Shown here: positions 25,301-37,869 of the stretch, piece after piece
Layout of the letters: each line of letters begins with the position of its first letter
How positions within the stretch are numbered: the stretch's first letter is position 1
Origin: Vicugna vicugna
Taxonomy: Eukaryota
Direction of reading: 5' to 3'
Assembly (NCBI GenBank): GCA_013265495.1
Contig: MU058584.1
Span: 3,290,508-3,354,507, forward strand
Length of the DNA stretch: 64,000 nucleotides
Notes under the pieces: model-generated
What the model was told of the DNA's origin: nothing
The model's database searches: none
The model's input: only the letters and a program-made list of their open reading frames with translations
Translations under genes and position numbers: made by a program

Positions 25301-27884
25301 GAGCTAGCAGGTTCTCTTCAGGGAACCACTCTCCAGTTGGGCCAAATTGCCTCTCTGCAGAGAGCCTGTGGCTAGGACCCAGCTGGGAAGAAGGCACAGA
25401 TTGGGGTGTGAGAGCAGGGGGCCTTGAGAGTAGCCCTGAAGCAAGCTGTGTGGCTGGTCCAGGCGGGGCCAGGTGGAATGGCGCCACAGCAGGCAAGGCA
25501 GGCAGAGAGAGGGGCCATAGCCAAACACGCCTCTAGGGTGCTGAGACAGCCTGGGGGTGGAAGGCAGCGTGGGAAGACATATTTCTTCTTTTTATGTGCA
25601 CCCGCATGACCAAATATGTAATGTTTCCTACAAACTGTGGAGTCCCAGCCAAGATCCGGGGCATCAGAAACTGTGTAGGGGCAGACAGGTTAGTGGAGAC
25701 CCACATAAAGGTGTACACATGCATCATAATTATTATTACTTTCCCCACTGTCTCTCTGGCCTGAGCCCATGACAGGAAAAATGTAGCTGTCCCCGGCTGG
25801 CTTCTACAGCAGGCTTAAACTAGGCAAATCGTGCTGGGATTTCAAGTCTGGCCCAGATCTGATCAGCCTCTTTTCCTTTCCAAAAGGCCTCTTGGAGTTC
25901 CAGCTATAAATTCTGCCCAGGGCTACTTTCTAAAGGACTATGCAGTGGTCTCCTTTCTTTTCTTAACTGCCAGGGCCCAGGCCTCTCCATCAGGGTGTCT
26001 AGGGGCAGAGGGAGCTCAAAGCCCCCACCCTCTCCATTGGCAGGGAGAGTGGGTTTCCCTGAGAAGTCGATGGGGCTTGAGGACCTGCAACTAGCCCTGG
26101 GCCCCATGGTTCTACTGACATGACAATACCTTGTATCAGGTGGCACTTTAGACATTTTGGAGTATTTCCAGGCATCATCCTACTGTGCCTTCCTGACTGA
26201 TGTTGGCTGGCTGTATTAGCAGCTCAGATAACAAAGGAGGAAACTGAGGCTAAGATGAATTACATGATTTGCTAAAAGTCTAGTCCTCCAGCTGGGTTTA
26301 GAAGATACCAAGTCAGGCTGAGGTCCTGGGCTCTGGCCTGCTACCTCAGAGCACACAAATGGGCCTCCCTTCCAATGTGGAAGAGAAGAGAAATCACCCG
26401 AAGTCACAGAGCCTGAGATGGCAGAACCCAGACTCTGCAGGAGAACTTGATCTGTGCATCCAGAGATCGGCGAGAAAAGACTCTCTTTCCTAGTTGGTCA
26501 GCCCTGCCCACAGAACAGCAGTGGCCGGACAGGCAGAGAAGGACGCCTGCATTTATCTCACTTGGGAGAAAGTGCTCCGTGAGAATGGAGTAAAGGTGTG
26601 GAGCCAGAAGACTGAAACTCAAGTCCTCAGAGCACCCCTGATATTAGCGTGACCTTGGACAGATCACTTGACCTTCAAAATCCCTCATCTATAAAATGGC
26701 GATATAAAGCAGGTCTTACAAGATTGCTGAGAATGAAATGATCAAATATTTATGTCTGTGCTATGCAAACCACAACATACTAATCAAATGAGAGTTATTA
26801 TTAATAACAGTAAGAACAGAAAGATTGGACTGATACTAAGATTTTCTATCTTGAATAGAGGTGTTTTCTACTCTATGAAAAGGAAAATAAAAACCCTCTG
26901 CAAACTGTGAAGCACTGGACATCTCAAAAGAATTGTTAGGAGGACTGAGGTTAGTTAGTGATGGGTTAGTTAGTGGGGGAAGCGTGGCTGCCCACGGTGA
27001 GCAGCGGCACTCCATCTCCCCAGATGCATTTCTGTAAAAGAGTTTAAGGATGGCCAGATAACCTTGGCTGTCCTCTGGCCACTGAGCTGGCAACTCTACT
27101 GAAGGCCTTCCATAGGCAGATGTCCCACCAGGGAAACTGGAACCGGATGTACTCAAGATCTCAAAAGAAATTAATGGCAATAAGACTCTGGGGTAAAAAT
27201 ATCTATGTGCACTGAGCTTGCTCGCTCTGCTCCCTTTCTATCTAAGGATCATTTAGGCTTAATTATAGAGTTCAGGCATTCATTGGGTTTTTGATTAATT
27301 TTCTTTTCAGCTTGAAGCGTGTGTGAGTGTAGTGGGTCTGTGAGTGTGTGTGTTTACATCTTTCTTTGCAGTTCCATTGGGAGCTGGCTCTAGCAATGTT
27401 TAATTGTGCCCTCAGTTTTAACAAGAACGTCCAATGTGCCAACTGGAGCTTGGAAAGCCATTGTTTCCAGTGCTTCCGCCCCACGGGCTGCTCCTGCCGC
27501 ACTGAAGGACGGCGGGTGGCGGGGCCTCGCTCAGCTGGGACCTTAGCTGCGGGGTGCATGCATGCTTTCCTCCTCCTTTTGTGCTTATGGTGTTTCAGGG
27601 AGTCTGAGACCAGGAGAGCAGATTTCCCACTCCACTAATTACCAGTACTGTGCTGAGAGCTGCCGAGTGACAGACAGCTCACCCACACTGCAGCCCCTGA
27701 CAGGCTTTTTTTTTTTTTCTGGGCAAATCTCCCTGGGGATTACATGGTTTTCTGCATAAAAAAATGGTGTTCGTTCTCTTGTTTTTAATATGCCTACTTA
27801 GTAGATTGGTAAGGACTACATGACTGTGTAGGTGATAGTCACTTGCTTTCCCCTTCTCTTTTGTGCAGGGGACAACTGGGGAGG

Positions 27885-28110
27885 CACCACAGTATAGTGT
27901 ATTAACACAGGATTCGGGGCCTAGCGGCTCAGTTTGAATGCTAACTCCTGACATTTTCTATTTGTGTGCCTAAGGGTAAGTCACTTAACCCCTTAGGATC
28001 TCAATTTATTGTCTGTAAAAACCGGGGATAATAATAGTAGTATCAACAGTAATTACACTCATAAGACTGTCTGGGGATGAGAAAATGCATGCAGAAGCCT
28101 TTTGTAAAAT
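27885..28110 (+). mobile_element. MIR SINE
   Basis: 'acagtatagtgtattaacaca...gggtaagtcacttaacccctt...tctgtaaaa...ggggataataatagta'. Confidence 0.8.
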
Positions 28111-30167
28111 TCCCCATAAATTATAGTTCTTTTATTTTACTGCTCAGAATCGCTGCTGAGAACATGTTTTTTGACCTGTGAGCCATTCCTAGCACCAAGG
28201 AAGGGCGAATTGCAAGAAGACCCATGGAATGGGAGGCAGAGGAGGAGCTAGCCTCCGACCTCCCCAGGTGCTGTGGGCCAAAGCAATGACCTGGGGATGT
28301 AGAATGCTGCACAGGGTCCAGATTACGAGTTTCATCTCAAAACAGCTGACACAGATAAAAGGGAATCAGGAACAGTATTTTTTTTTTTTGGACATAACCA
28401 TAAGAAGGATTTCCCCCTACAATTTAAAGAATGGATTCAATTGTCTCTACTGCTAAGAGGGTGAACGGCTCAAGGACTGGTGACAGTGTTTTGGCTAGAG
28501 ACAAGGGGAGAACTCTGGGTTTCAGGTAAGTGTGACCATGCCGTGAGGTGAGATATGGGAGACCGAAGGTCTTCTCTTGGCTCTGCTGCTAATTGTGATC
28601 CTACTAATTATGTGACCCTGAATAGATGAGCTAATAAACCTCAATTTCCTTGAGATCATGGAATAGAAAATCTCAAAGGTGACTAAAGAATCTACGACCT
28701 GATGAAATGCTCTTTTCCACACAGGAATTAAAAACTCTTGTGCAACCAAGAAACGGCTGTGTGCATGTGTGTTTAGAATCTAAACATAGTCTGAAGGCCA
28801 CCCAGCTAAAACCTAATCAAGGCACCACACGAGCCCCTTTAAAGTGATGGCATCTGGCGGGCAGACCCAGGGGCTGTCAGGGGAAGAAAGGCCTGATGGG
28901 AGGATGGAGCTGACCCCAACAGAGATTTCAAGGTAAATCCTCTCTTGTTGGAGAGTCTTTCATTTGGCAATATCCTGACTAAGCTGAAAGGTAATGATCT
29001 AAGGGTGATAGAAAGAAAAGGGATCTTTTCCTTGTAAAGCAACTATAACTTTAAAATGATAGGCTGGAGGGCAATAGAGCATTCTGCCAGACTGATTCCA
29101 GAACTGAGACACCCAACTATAGAGTTCTCAACAGTATCACCGACAATAATCATAACATATATTTGCACAGTGCGTTTAGCTTTTATGAGCACTTTCCCAT
29201 CTATTTTTCTCCTTTTTGTCATTATTACATGATTTTCCAGAAAACTGGCCTGGGGTCATTTCTCTTAAAACTCTGGAAAGTGTGAGTTTTCAATGGGAAC
29301 AAATCTAGCTAAGTATGTAGCACCTTGCTTTATAAACACAGGTATGTCCTCGAAAAAGTTATGCTATATGTAAATATATAATTGTGTAAGCCATATCTTA
29401 TTTTAATGGGTAGAAACCTTGTGTAGGATTTTGTAATGTAAAAAATCATTTTTCTTTAGTCTTTTGTTTGTTATTATTTTAGATTTTTAAGTATCATGTT
29501 GTCTTAAAGTAGGACCACATGGATTAGAGTCCAGGATCAGTATCCACACTCCAGAATTCCACAAGGGTGGCATTTAATTCAATCACAGAGAGAGACTGCT
29601 GTTTCCTACGTCAGCATGGAAAAAAAGCAATTTTATATTTAAACTGGGGAGCTCTTCAGGGCTACCTCTCCCATAAAAAACAAGGAAGCATGGGAAAAGA
29701 CAGAGGAATTCAAATGTAACAGCTGAATTATTTCTAAATGGAATGTCTCCAGGTCTTCTGTGAGTCACCGATGTGTCATTAATGTGCTGTTATAAATAGC
29801 TCAGCTTGCCATCAATAACTAATCTATAAGAGAGTAGCTGGTGGCTGGGGTGTGAGGTTAACACTCCATAATTTAGAGTGGATGTGTTAATCCTCTCATG
29901 TAAATAAGCACCATCCCCTGGGACTAGAACCTGAAATATACTAAACTAAATTGAATTTTTAATAGAAGTAGTAAGCAAGTCCTCCTGCTTTTCCTTCTCC
30001 ATCTTCAAACTCTGACAAAAGACAGATCATTGGAGCCAACCATGGGATTTTAGTAATTATACTGAACCTCAACTCTCTCACCTCTGAAATTAGGCTGGCC
30101 CATAAAATCCACAATGATATTGTGAGAATTTATAATTATTTTGCATGGGGGGTTTTGAACAAGGAAG

Positions 30168-30224
30168 TATCTATCTATCTATCTATCTGTCTATCTATCT
30201 ATCTATCTACGTAGCTATCTATCT
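30168..30224. repeat. (TATC)n tetranucleotide microsatellite
   Basis: Directly visible imperfect TATC run. Confidence 0.9.
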
Positions 30225-31006
30225 CAATTAGCTCTATCAAGAATAAAATAAAAAGCTCTGTGGTGATTTAACCCAGAAGAGCTGGAAAAATCCTTATTGT
30301 AAAGACTGGGAACTTTAAAAGTTTTATACTGGCCTGACTAAAGGAAATATGGTCTCTCATCTTTATTGATTGGATCTCAGCAATACAGTTTTGCTTAATG
30401 TGAGTAGCTCAGAATTTCATTAAGTGCTCTGAAGTTAAGCTTTATGAAGCACTTTCTCACAAATTCTTAAGCACTTAAAGTTGAACTTCTGTGAAACTGA
30501 GCTAAAGTAAACATATAGATACACAGTGTGGATACTGTGTATACATAAAGGTTATAAGCACACATGCAGGTATTGCTGGCAAATCTGCTAGTAATTATGC
30601 TACATATATCCTGGCCTGTGTGCTTGCATGTGTGAATGTGTGTGTGCATAACTGCACACATGTGTGCATTCTGTGTGTTCAAATAATTCAGAAACTAAAA
30701 ACCCCCAAAGAATAAAAATACTATTCTTACTTGTTGAAATATCCTTGAAACTCAACATGGGTTCATGGCTTATAAACAATTATCTTTTTGCAAATTTAGG
30801 GCTCGTAGTGGAAACAGAACAGGCAGCAGTAAACAAAAACACAATTCAGGCTTCACTAAAAACATAGTGAAAGCCCCAAATATGACAGCTACTGCAGAAT
30901 ACAGAAACTATCTATCCAAATACTGTGACTGAGGATATTTTGAACAATCAGTTTGAAAGAGGTGGGTAGATGGGACCACTGAGAGTCACCATCGGTTAGA
31001 ACCACC

Positions 31007-31027
31007 GTCAGCACCTTGGACAGTTCC
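31007..31027 (+). promoter_or_regulatory. RE1/NRSE (REST/NRSF binding site)
   Basis: gTCAGCACCttGGACAGttCC has both canonical half-sites (TCAGCACC and GGACAG) with the canonical 2-nt spacer; 16/21 match to TTCAGCACCACGGACAGCGCC. Confidence 0.75.
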
Positions 31028-31675
31028 TAGGAGGCTCTCCCTCAGAATGGAGCCCATATTTCTGACTCCAGTTTTCTAAGTGTTTCTTTCATTCCAACGA
31101 ATGTGTTGACGATCTGATGATTAACTAATACATGAACAGGTATATTTTGCAGTAACAAATTATTCCTTCCTCTTTCCACTGCCCATTCTCTTCACCACCT
31201 GTCTTTCATTCCACCCCTTTCCCCGGCACCCTCCAGTCGGACAGTGGGACCGTCTGTCTTACAAACACCTGATGCAGATGTTTTCACTCCTGCTTCTAAT
31301 TGGTTCGGAAGCAGCATTTCCCACAGGCACTGTTTAATTTCGTTTCCATCCCCTGCATCTCACAGGAAAGAAATGGTCAATAGTTCAGATAAAAGAATCA
31401 TCCTGGTCAGCTCCAAAATATGGCTACTTGCATGGTAATCACAGCAAGTCTGTCAAATCAGTGATTTCTTTATTCCTAAAAGGGAGGGACTTTTCCTAAG
31501 GATAATGGTTCTACCACCCAAGGAGCAGCCCTACTCTTCACAAGCGGCTGCAAAGGCTGGCAAACCGCGAGGTCTGCTTTGGCTCAGAAACTCAGTTTGG
31601 CTCCTGCCACCCCCTGGCAACCTCACTGCATGTCTCAGTGGTATGTGCTCCACACACAGTCAGGCCAGTCTGTTT

Positions 31676-32198
31676 CTACTTAGGAGGGATCACAACCAGA
31701 GGTGGCCCCCGCTTGGGCCTCCACATGAGGACCTGGGCATCGTTGGCATTGGGTTTCACTAGTGCATTTGGGGGGATGGGTTCCATCCGGCTCAGGATTC
31801 GGGGCTGCTCCTGCTGAGTCCTGCCCACCAGCCGGGCCCGTTGCCCCAAGAGCTGAAGGGGGTCCACCTCAATGTCCACCCTCATCCTCCACTTGATGGT
31901 CTGCAGAATGATCTTCTCTTTCGTGGTGGTGTTCATGGCCACTAGCCAGGTAGTGAAACTTTGGTCCCTCTTGATCCTCGTGAGCAGCGGCACATTGCTG
32001 TCACTTACTGGCACTGCCCACGTCACACTGGGGTAGAAATTGTCATTCATGCTGACGGAGAACCTGGAGATCTTGTTGGTGGGGCCAACCAGGGTCACAG
32101 TTTCTGTGGTGTTCCCGTACCAAGGGTAGCTCACCCCATCTGAGTCACTGATGGCTTTTACTCTCCCTTCCCTCAAGTCAGGCAGTTCCCAGCTTGAC
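31676..32198 (-). CDS. FAM78B: FAM78B second coding exon (C-terminal 173 aa plus stop)
   Basis: Translation SSWELPDLREGRVKAISDSDGVSYPWYGNTTE...MNDNFYPSVTWAVP...WRPKRGPPLVVIPPK* is recognisable as FAM78B. Acceptor 'tgcatctcttctgctttgccag|G' (AG at 32200-32199), phase 2; TAG at 31678-31676. The first residues of the track ORF (MHLFCFAR) come from intron sequence. Confidence 0.95.
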
Positions 32199-33659
32199 CT
32201 GGCAAAGCAGAAGAGATGCACAAGAAAAGAAGAGGCTGAATGAATTTTTCAAAAGCTGGAGGGGTGCCCACCATTTACTAACACGGTCAACTTGGGCAAA
32301 ATGGGAAGTTCAGAGGGGAATTCAGGTCAAAATGTATACGCTGTGCTGTTTCAGGATTAAATGAGAACAAATCAGAACGAAACAACAACAACAAACCAAT
32401 ACCAAAACAAGTTAAATTAAATCATAGCTGGTCCAACTGGAAGCAAAAAGCTCAAAGAGGCATTTGTGAGACCCACAAAGAGGCATCAACTAGTTGGAAT
32501 GGTGCAACTGAAATGAACTATTTAGAGGCATTCATTTACAAGAACCACTTTCTCAGGAAGTATGAATGTGCATAAGGTTTGTTAAGAAAAGGCAGTGGTT
32601 GAAATTTGATGTATTTGGAAGGAAGCATCAGTTGGAAAGGAGGGCAAAAGGAGGTAAAGTTAAAGGTTATACTGATTTCCTAGGAAATCCCAGTAGTAGA
32701 ACTCCTACTCAACAAGAGGTTTGTTTGTATTCCAGTCATTGGCCAAATCAGGACTTAGAAAACATAGGCATAGAAACTGATAACACAGGAAGATAATGAT
32801 CACAGCTGGGAAGCCACCTCAATGTGCAAATTGTGCCATAGGCTGCCATACATAGTCTCTAACATGCTGTTCTCCCATATTTGTGTCCTGCCTGGAAATC
32901 TAATTGCTTAGTGTAGCAAACTTGCCATTCTGGGCACTCTGTTACTGCTACTCCACGTGCCCTAATCTTAGTTCATGTCTTTCCCCCATTGCCATGGACC
33001 ACTGATCCTCCTCATCATCATTCTTATAGGTGACGCTTATTGCTCTATTCCAACCACGGTGTTAAGTACTTTAATTATGTTATCTCAGTTAATGCTCAAA
33101 ATGTCCCACAAAATAAACACATTTTTATTTCCATTTACACAAGAGAGTACAGAGGCTTAAAGATGTTAAGTTATACATTGAGGGTTCTACAGATTGTTAA
33201 GAGATGGAGCTGGAATGTTCACCAGGAGAACCCTGGTTTCATCCATTGCTTTGACTTATGCCACTGCTCTACTGGAAATCCCTCAAGTCTGAGGCACGTT
33301 TTCTTCCACAGCCACAGACACCACAGGTCTGTATCATTAAGGGAGGGTTTGATTTTGGAAGCAGCCAAAATTCATTATGACTTAAGCCTAGTGAATAGGG
33401 AGTAGGTTTCTGTTTGAAAATTTGCTTATTTTTATTTCTTCTATGTAAAAGGAGTATCAATGTGCATTTCAAGGTAGTGGCTCTTTTAGTTTTTATTTTT
33501 GCAAAAAGAGTTATGCTTATAAACTGAATGATTGGTTTATGTGGCTGATTTATCAGCTTTGATAGTAGTTTTCAAAGAAATCCCACGATATGATAGCACC
33601 ATTGGAATCACTCTATGACCATTTAAGAGGACTACTTTGAATGGGATACTGGAGGCATT

Positions 33660-34630
33660 TCAAATTCCACATAGCCTGAACCAAACTCACCATCTCTGCC
33701 ATAAACTTGGCCCTTTCCCCGTCTCTGCTGCAGGTGTTGGCCCACTTCTCACCCAGTCTGACAGGCCAGAAGTGAGGGTCAACTTCAGCTCTTCCTCTGC
33801 CCTCTCCTAGACTGCAACAGCTATTCTGTTACTGCATCCTGTGAATTTTGCCCCCTAAGTGATGCTTGAATTTACTTCCATTTCTCCATCCAATTCTCAC
33901 TGCCCTCGTTTAATCCAAGCCCTTAGTATTTCCTACCTGGTCAACTATGATGGTCCATAACTAGTCTCTTGGCATCCAACCCTGTTCCCTCTCAAATTCA
34001 TCTTTTAGGCCACACTGGTGTTCAAATATGATTATGTCCTTCCTATAACTAAAACCTTTCAAAGGCTACTTTACATGGACATCTCTGGTATTACCTACAG
34101 GATAAAATTCAAGATCTTAATAGGACATATGTGGGCCTCTGTGGTCTGGCCATCCTGTCCGCAAACACCATGCTGTTTCTCACCTCTGCCCCTTTGCTCA
34201 TACTGTGCCCTCTGCCTGCACTGCTCTTTCTTCTCCCACTGTCTCACTCTAACTACTCAAACTTTGAGCATCACTGCATGCATCACCTCCTTCAGAAAAC
34301 CTTCTCTTCTGTGCTCCCACGCATATATCCAAACCTTTATATATTCCAGATTATAACTATCTGTTTATGTGTCTGTCTTCCCCACTAGATTACAATTTCC
34401 TTCAGGCTTGGGGTTTTGAGGTTTTTTTTGGGGGGGTGTGGTAATTAGGTTTATTTATTTATTTATTTTTGGAGGAGGTACTGGGGATTGAACCCAGGAC
34501 CCTGTGTATGCTAAGCATGCACCCTACCACTTGAGCTATACCCTTCCCCCTTGTGAGTTCTTATTTTAATCCTTAGTGTCTAGCACATTATTGGCACATA
34601 GTAGACCTCAATGAATCTTTGTTGAAGGAA
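33660..34630 (+). mobile_element. L2 LINE 3' fragment, interrupted by a SINE
   Basis: 'ccaaactcaccatct', 'acaggataaaattcaagatcctt'-like segments, and the terminus 'tctagcaca...tggcacatagtagacctcaatgaatctttgttgaa'. Confidence 0.7.
34421..34550 (-). mobile_element. tRNA-derived SINE, camelid vic-1-like
   Basis: Reverse complement 'gggggaagggtatagctcaagtggtag...gtcctgggttcaatccccagtacctcc' shows Pol III A and B boxes, followed by '(aaat)n aaacctaattacc'. Confidence 0.85.
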
Positions 34631-35139
34631 TAAAATAAATGTTTATTTGAATTGTTTTCATTCCTATATACCTGGAGCTTGGTAGGGCTTGCATACAACA
34701 AAGCACTTTGTCACAGTTTTACACTTCATATACTCACTCACTTAAAATAAAAAACCTCACATTGACTATTCATTTAGGATCTATTATTAGATTAGCATTA
34801 TTATTAACACTGAAACTTACATTATTTATTCTGGAAGGGGAAGTGGACAATTCACATATAAATAAAAATGAAGGAATTGGTGAATATATATGTATTTAGT
34901 GACTATTCATGCTATCATATACCCACATATAAAAACGAGTGACACACTACAAGTGATACAGGAAGCCAGAGACCGACATTCATGTAAGGCCATGTTAGTG
35001 GGAAAGCTCTGTGGAGGAAATGAGGTGTGGAGTGTTGGGATTAAAGGGAGGCACTCCTAGGTGGGAGGTTCTGTCCCAGACAAACATGTGACATCAAGCA
35101 TGAACACAGAGGGATCCCCTGGATGGGGAATCTGACTTC

Positions 35140-36062
35140 ATGGCTGTGAGTACCATCTATGCTCTGATGGCTTCCAAGTTCCTACTTCCAGCCCTGAGCT
35201 CCAGATCCATATACCCAACTGCCCACTTGCCAACAACTTTATTAGAGTTACTCTTGCACACTCTCTTGCATTCCACGTACTTGCTATCAGCAAATATTGT
35301 TGATGCCACCAAGATATATCTAGAATTCAACTCCTTCTCATCACCTCTATCACCACTACCCTAGACCAAGCTAGAGTTCTCTGTCCTGGATTAACTCAAT
35401 AGCCTCCTAACTGGTCTCCTTGCTAACACCTCCACTCTGCTGCCCTAGTCTATTTTCAGTATGGCAGCCACAGTGATCTTGTTAGACATATGTGCAGTTG
35501 TCACTCCTCTGCTCAACATGTTTCCACAGCTCCTAAACTACTCAGAAAAAGCCCAAGTCCTTAAAAAGACCTAAATGGCCTTACAAAACCTGCCTCTCCA
35601 TTTCCTCTCTGACCTCATCTGCTTCCCTCTCCTTCTTGCTCATTCTGGCTTCTGTGCTGTTCACTGAGCATGTTAGGCAAACCCCCACCTCAGGGCCTTT
35701 TCACTTACTGTTCATTTCATCTGAAGTATTCTTCCCTCAGGATCCAAAAAGCTTGCTTCCTTGCCTCTGTCATTCCCTGCTCAAATATTACATTCTCAGT
35801 GCAATTTTTCCTGACAGCCATATTTAAAATCGCAACTTTCCACCCCAGCCTTCCCCATCTCGGCTTTATTTATCTCTATCGCACTGTCAAATATACTACG
35901 TAACTTATTTACTTTGCTAATGGTCTATCTCTCCTCATCCCACTCCCTAAATGTAACCCAAAAGAAGGCAGGGACTTCCTATGTTTTATTCACTGCCATC
36001 CCTCCAGTACCTGGAACAGTGCCTGGCACACAGAAGGAATTCAAAATTATTTGTTGACTGAA
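35140..36062 (+). mobile_element. L2 LINE 3' fragment (about 0.9 kb)
   Basis: 'aatagcctcctaactggtctcc', 'gtcactcctctgctcaa', 'cctcagggcctttt', and the terminus 'ctggaacagtgcctggcacacag...tatttgttgactgaat'. Confidence 0.8.
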
Positions 36063-37149
36063 TAAGCACTGAACTGATCTGAAGTGGGAGGAGACTATGA
36101 ATTTCAGGTGGGATGCTGATGCTTCTGTGAAGTTGCAAAGTTTGGTCTAGAGCTTAGGAGAAAGTCAGGGCTAGAGATTTAAATTTGGCAACTCTCTGCA
36201 TGGAGAAGATCAGTCAAGGTAATGGTGATGAGCGAGGTCTCTGGGGATGAAAGAGAGATCTTAGGGGGTTTGTCTAGATGACCAGGAGACAAGGGGGAGT
36301 CTGAAAAGCAGAATAGCCAATGCAAAGGGGGAGAACTTGTTTCCAAACCCAAGAGAAGTTCAGGGAGTCATCAGTGTCAAAAGCTACGTAATGGAAGAGA
36401 GTGGGGTTAAGAAAAAGCCATTTGATTTACTATCAAGAGGGCAGTAAAGATATGCTGGTGGAGGCCATTGGCTAAAGGGTGATGGAGAGAATGAACAAAC
36501 ACAAGAAAACATGGAGAATTCAGGTCGTTCCTTCAAGAAGCTGGGCAATGAAGGGGAGAAGAGAGATGAAATAGGGAGCTGATCAGGCCAAGTGGCCAAA
36601 GGCAGGATTTCTGCAGCCAGACTGCCGAGGCTTGTAAACCTGGTGCTACCACTGACTTGCCACCACTTACTCGCCCTTTCTATACTAGTTTCCCCATCTG
36701 TCAAATAGGCATAATGACAGGGCTTGATGTATTTGGTGTGCGAATTAAGTAAGAGGATGAAGGGAAGTATTTAGGACAGCGTGTGACACAAAGTAAGAGA
36801 CACTGAAGTTTAGGTACCAATAAGGAACAGAGATGGGGCAGGATTAGAGAGAAAGGAGGTGAACAGTCACCGAACCCTTCCGTGTGCAAGCACCTGACAA
36901 GAGTAATCATGTGAGGCAGGGATTCTTGGACACTGTTCATACACAGGGAAAAGTGAACGATGCAAAGTCATATAGATGGGAAGGGGTGGTGCCAGGATTT
37001 AAAGCCAAATTTCCCTGACCCCCAAGCCCTGCCTTTTCTACTGCACCACACTTATGGGAAGGGCTCCTTTGAGTTCTAAGTCTCAACCCTCCTCCCTTGA
37101 AGTCTTTGGCGTGGCAAATGGAGGAAGCACTGAGACTGCCTCAGGAGGT

Positions 37150-37330
37150 TTGGATGTCAGTCCCAAGGTAACAGCTGGCTGACCTCAGGCAAGTCACTCC
37201 TGTCAGCCTCAGGCTGCTCATGTGTAAAATGGGGAGAAAAATAACCCCTGCCGGCTTAATCTCAGAGCCATTACAAGGAGCAAATGAAGTGACGATCTGT
37301 GAACAAGTGCTTTGTAAACTATAACACACT
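37150..37330 (+). mobile_element. MIR SINE fragment
   Basis: 'gacctcaggcaagtcactc...tcatgtgtaaaatgggg...gtgctttgtaaactataa'. Confidence 0.7.
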
Positions 37331-37869
37331 AGGTCAATATTAGTTCTTATCATCTCATTCCCCTCCTTCTCCAACAACCGTTCTCCTCACTGTGATAAAC
37401 ACAGCATTTTCATTTTAGACAATCAGCCATTGACCCAAAGCTCACAGCTAATGGACTCGCCAAAGGAGCTAATAATGAAAACATCGATTATTGCAACCTT
37501 CATGCTTTCTGCATCACACTCTTAGAAGAAAGAGGCAAATCTCAATCAAACAAGCTCATGTCAATCATTCTATTCAAATAAGGGGTCCCTCGGTTGAGGT
37601 CCATGCCTCTACCCAAACCCGGCCAGTTCTCCCAGGGTCAGAGCAACCTTTCCCAGGGCCACAGCAACCTCTCTGAAGGAGCTTCACTTTGCTTCCACTG
37701 AAGCCTCGTGGTTGTCAAGGAGACGGGGGTGACGGCAGCAGCATTCCTGAAGGCAGGGAGTGGGGCAAGTGTTCAGGGCACAGTTGATGGAGTGTGGGGT
37801 CGGAGTCGGGGGAACCACAGATGGAGGAGCTGATGGTTTCAAGCCCGTAGAGCTCCCAGGGGACGCTTT

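Noticed and set aside
30362..31474. Proximal FAM78B polyadenylation signal (minus-strand AATAAA at 31469-31474 or 30362-30367)
   Set aside because: Several hexamers are plausible and none can be selected without 3'-end data.
32199..32221. N-terminal MHLFCFAR of the 181-aa ORF as a true start
   Set aside because: It is read from the polypyrimidine tract and splice acceptor of the intron.
34470..34550. tRNA gene (also 61835-61906)
   Set aside because: The tRNA-like heads carry A-rich SINE tails (and a TSD for the second copy), so they are SINEs.
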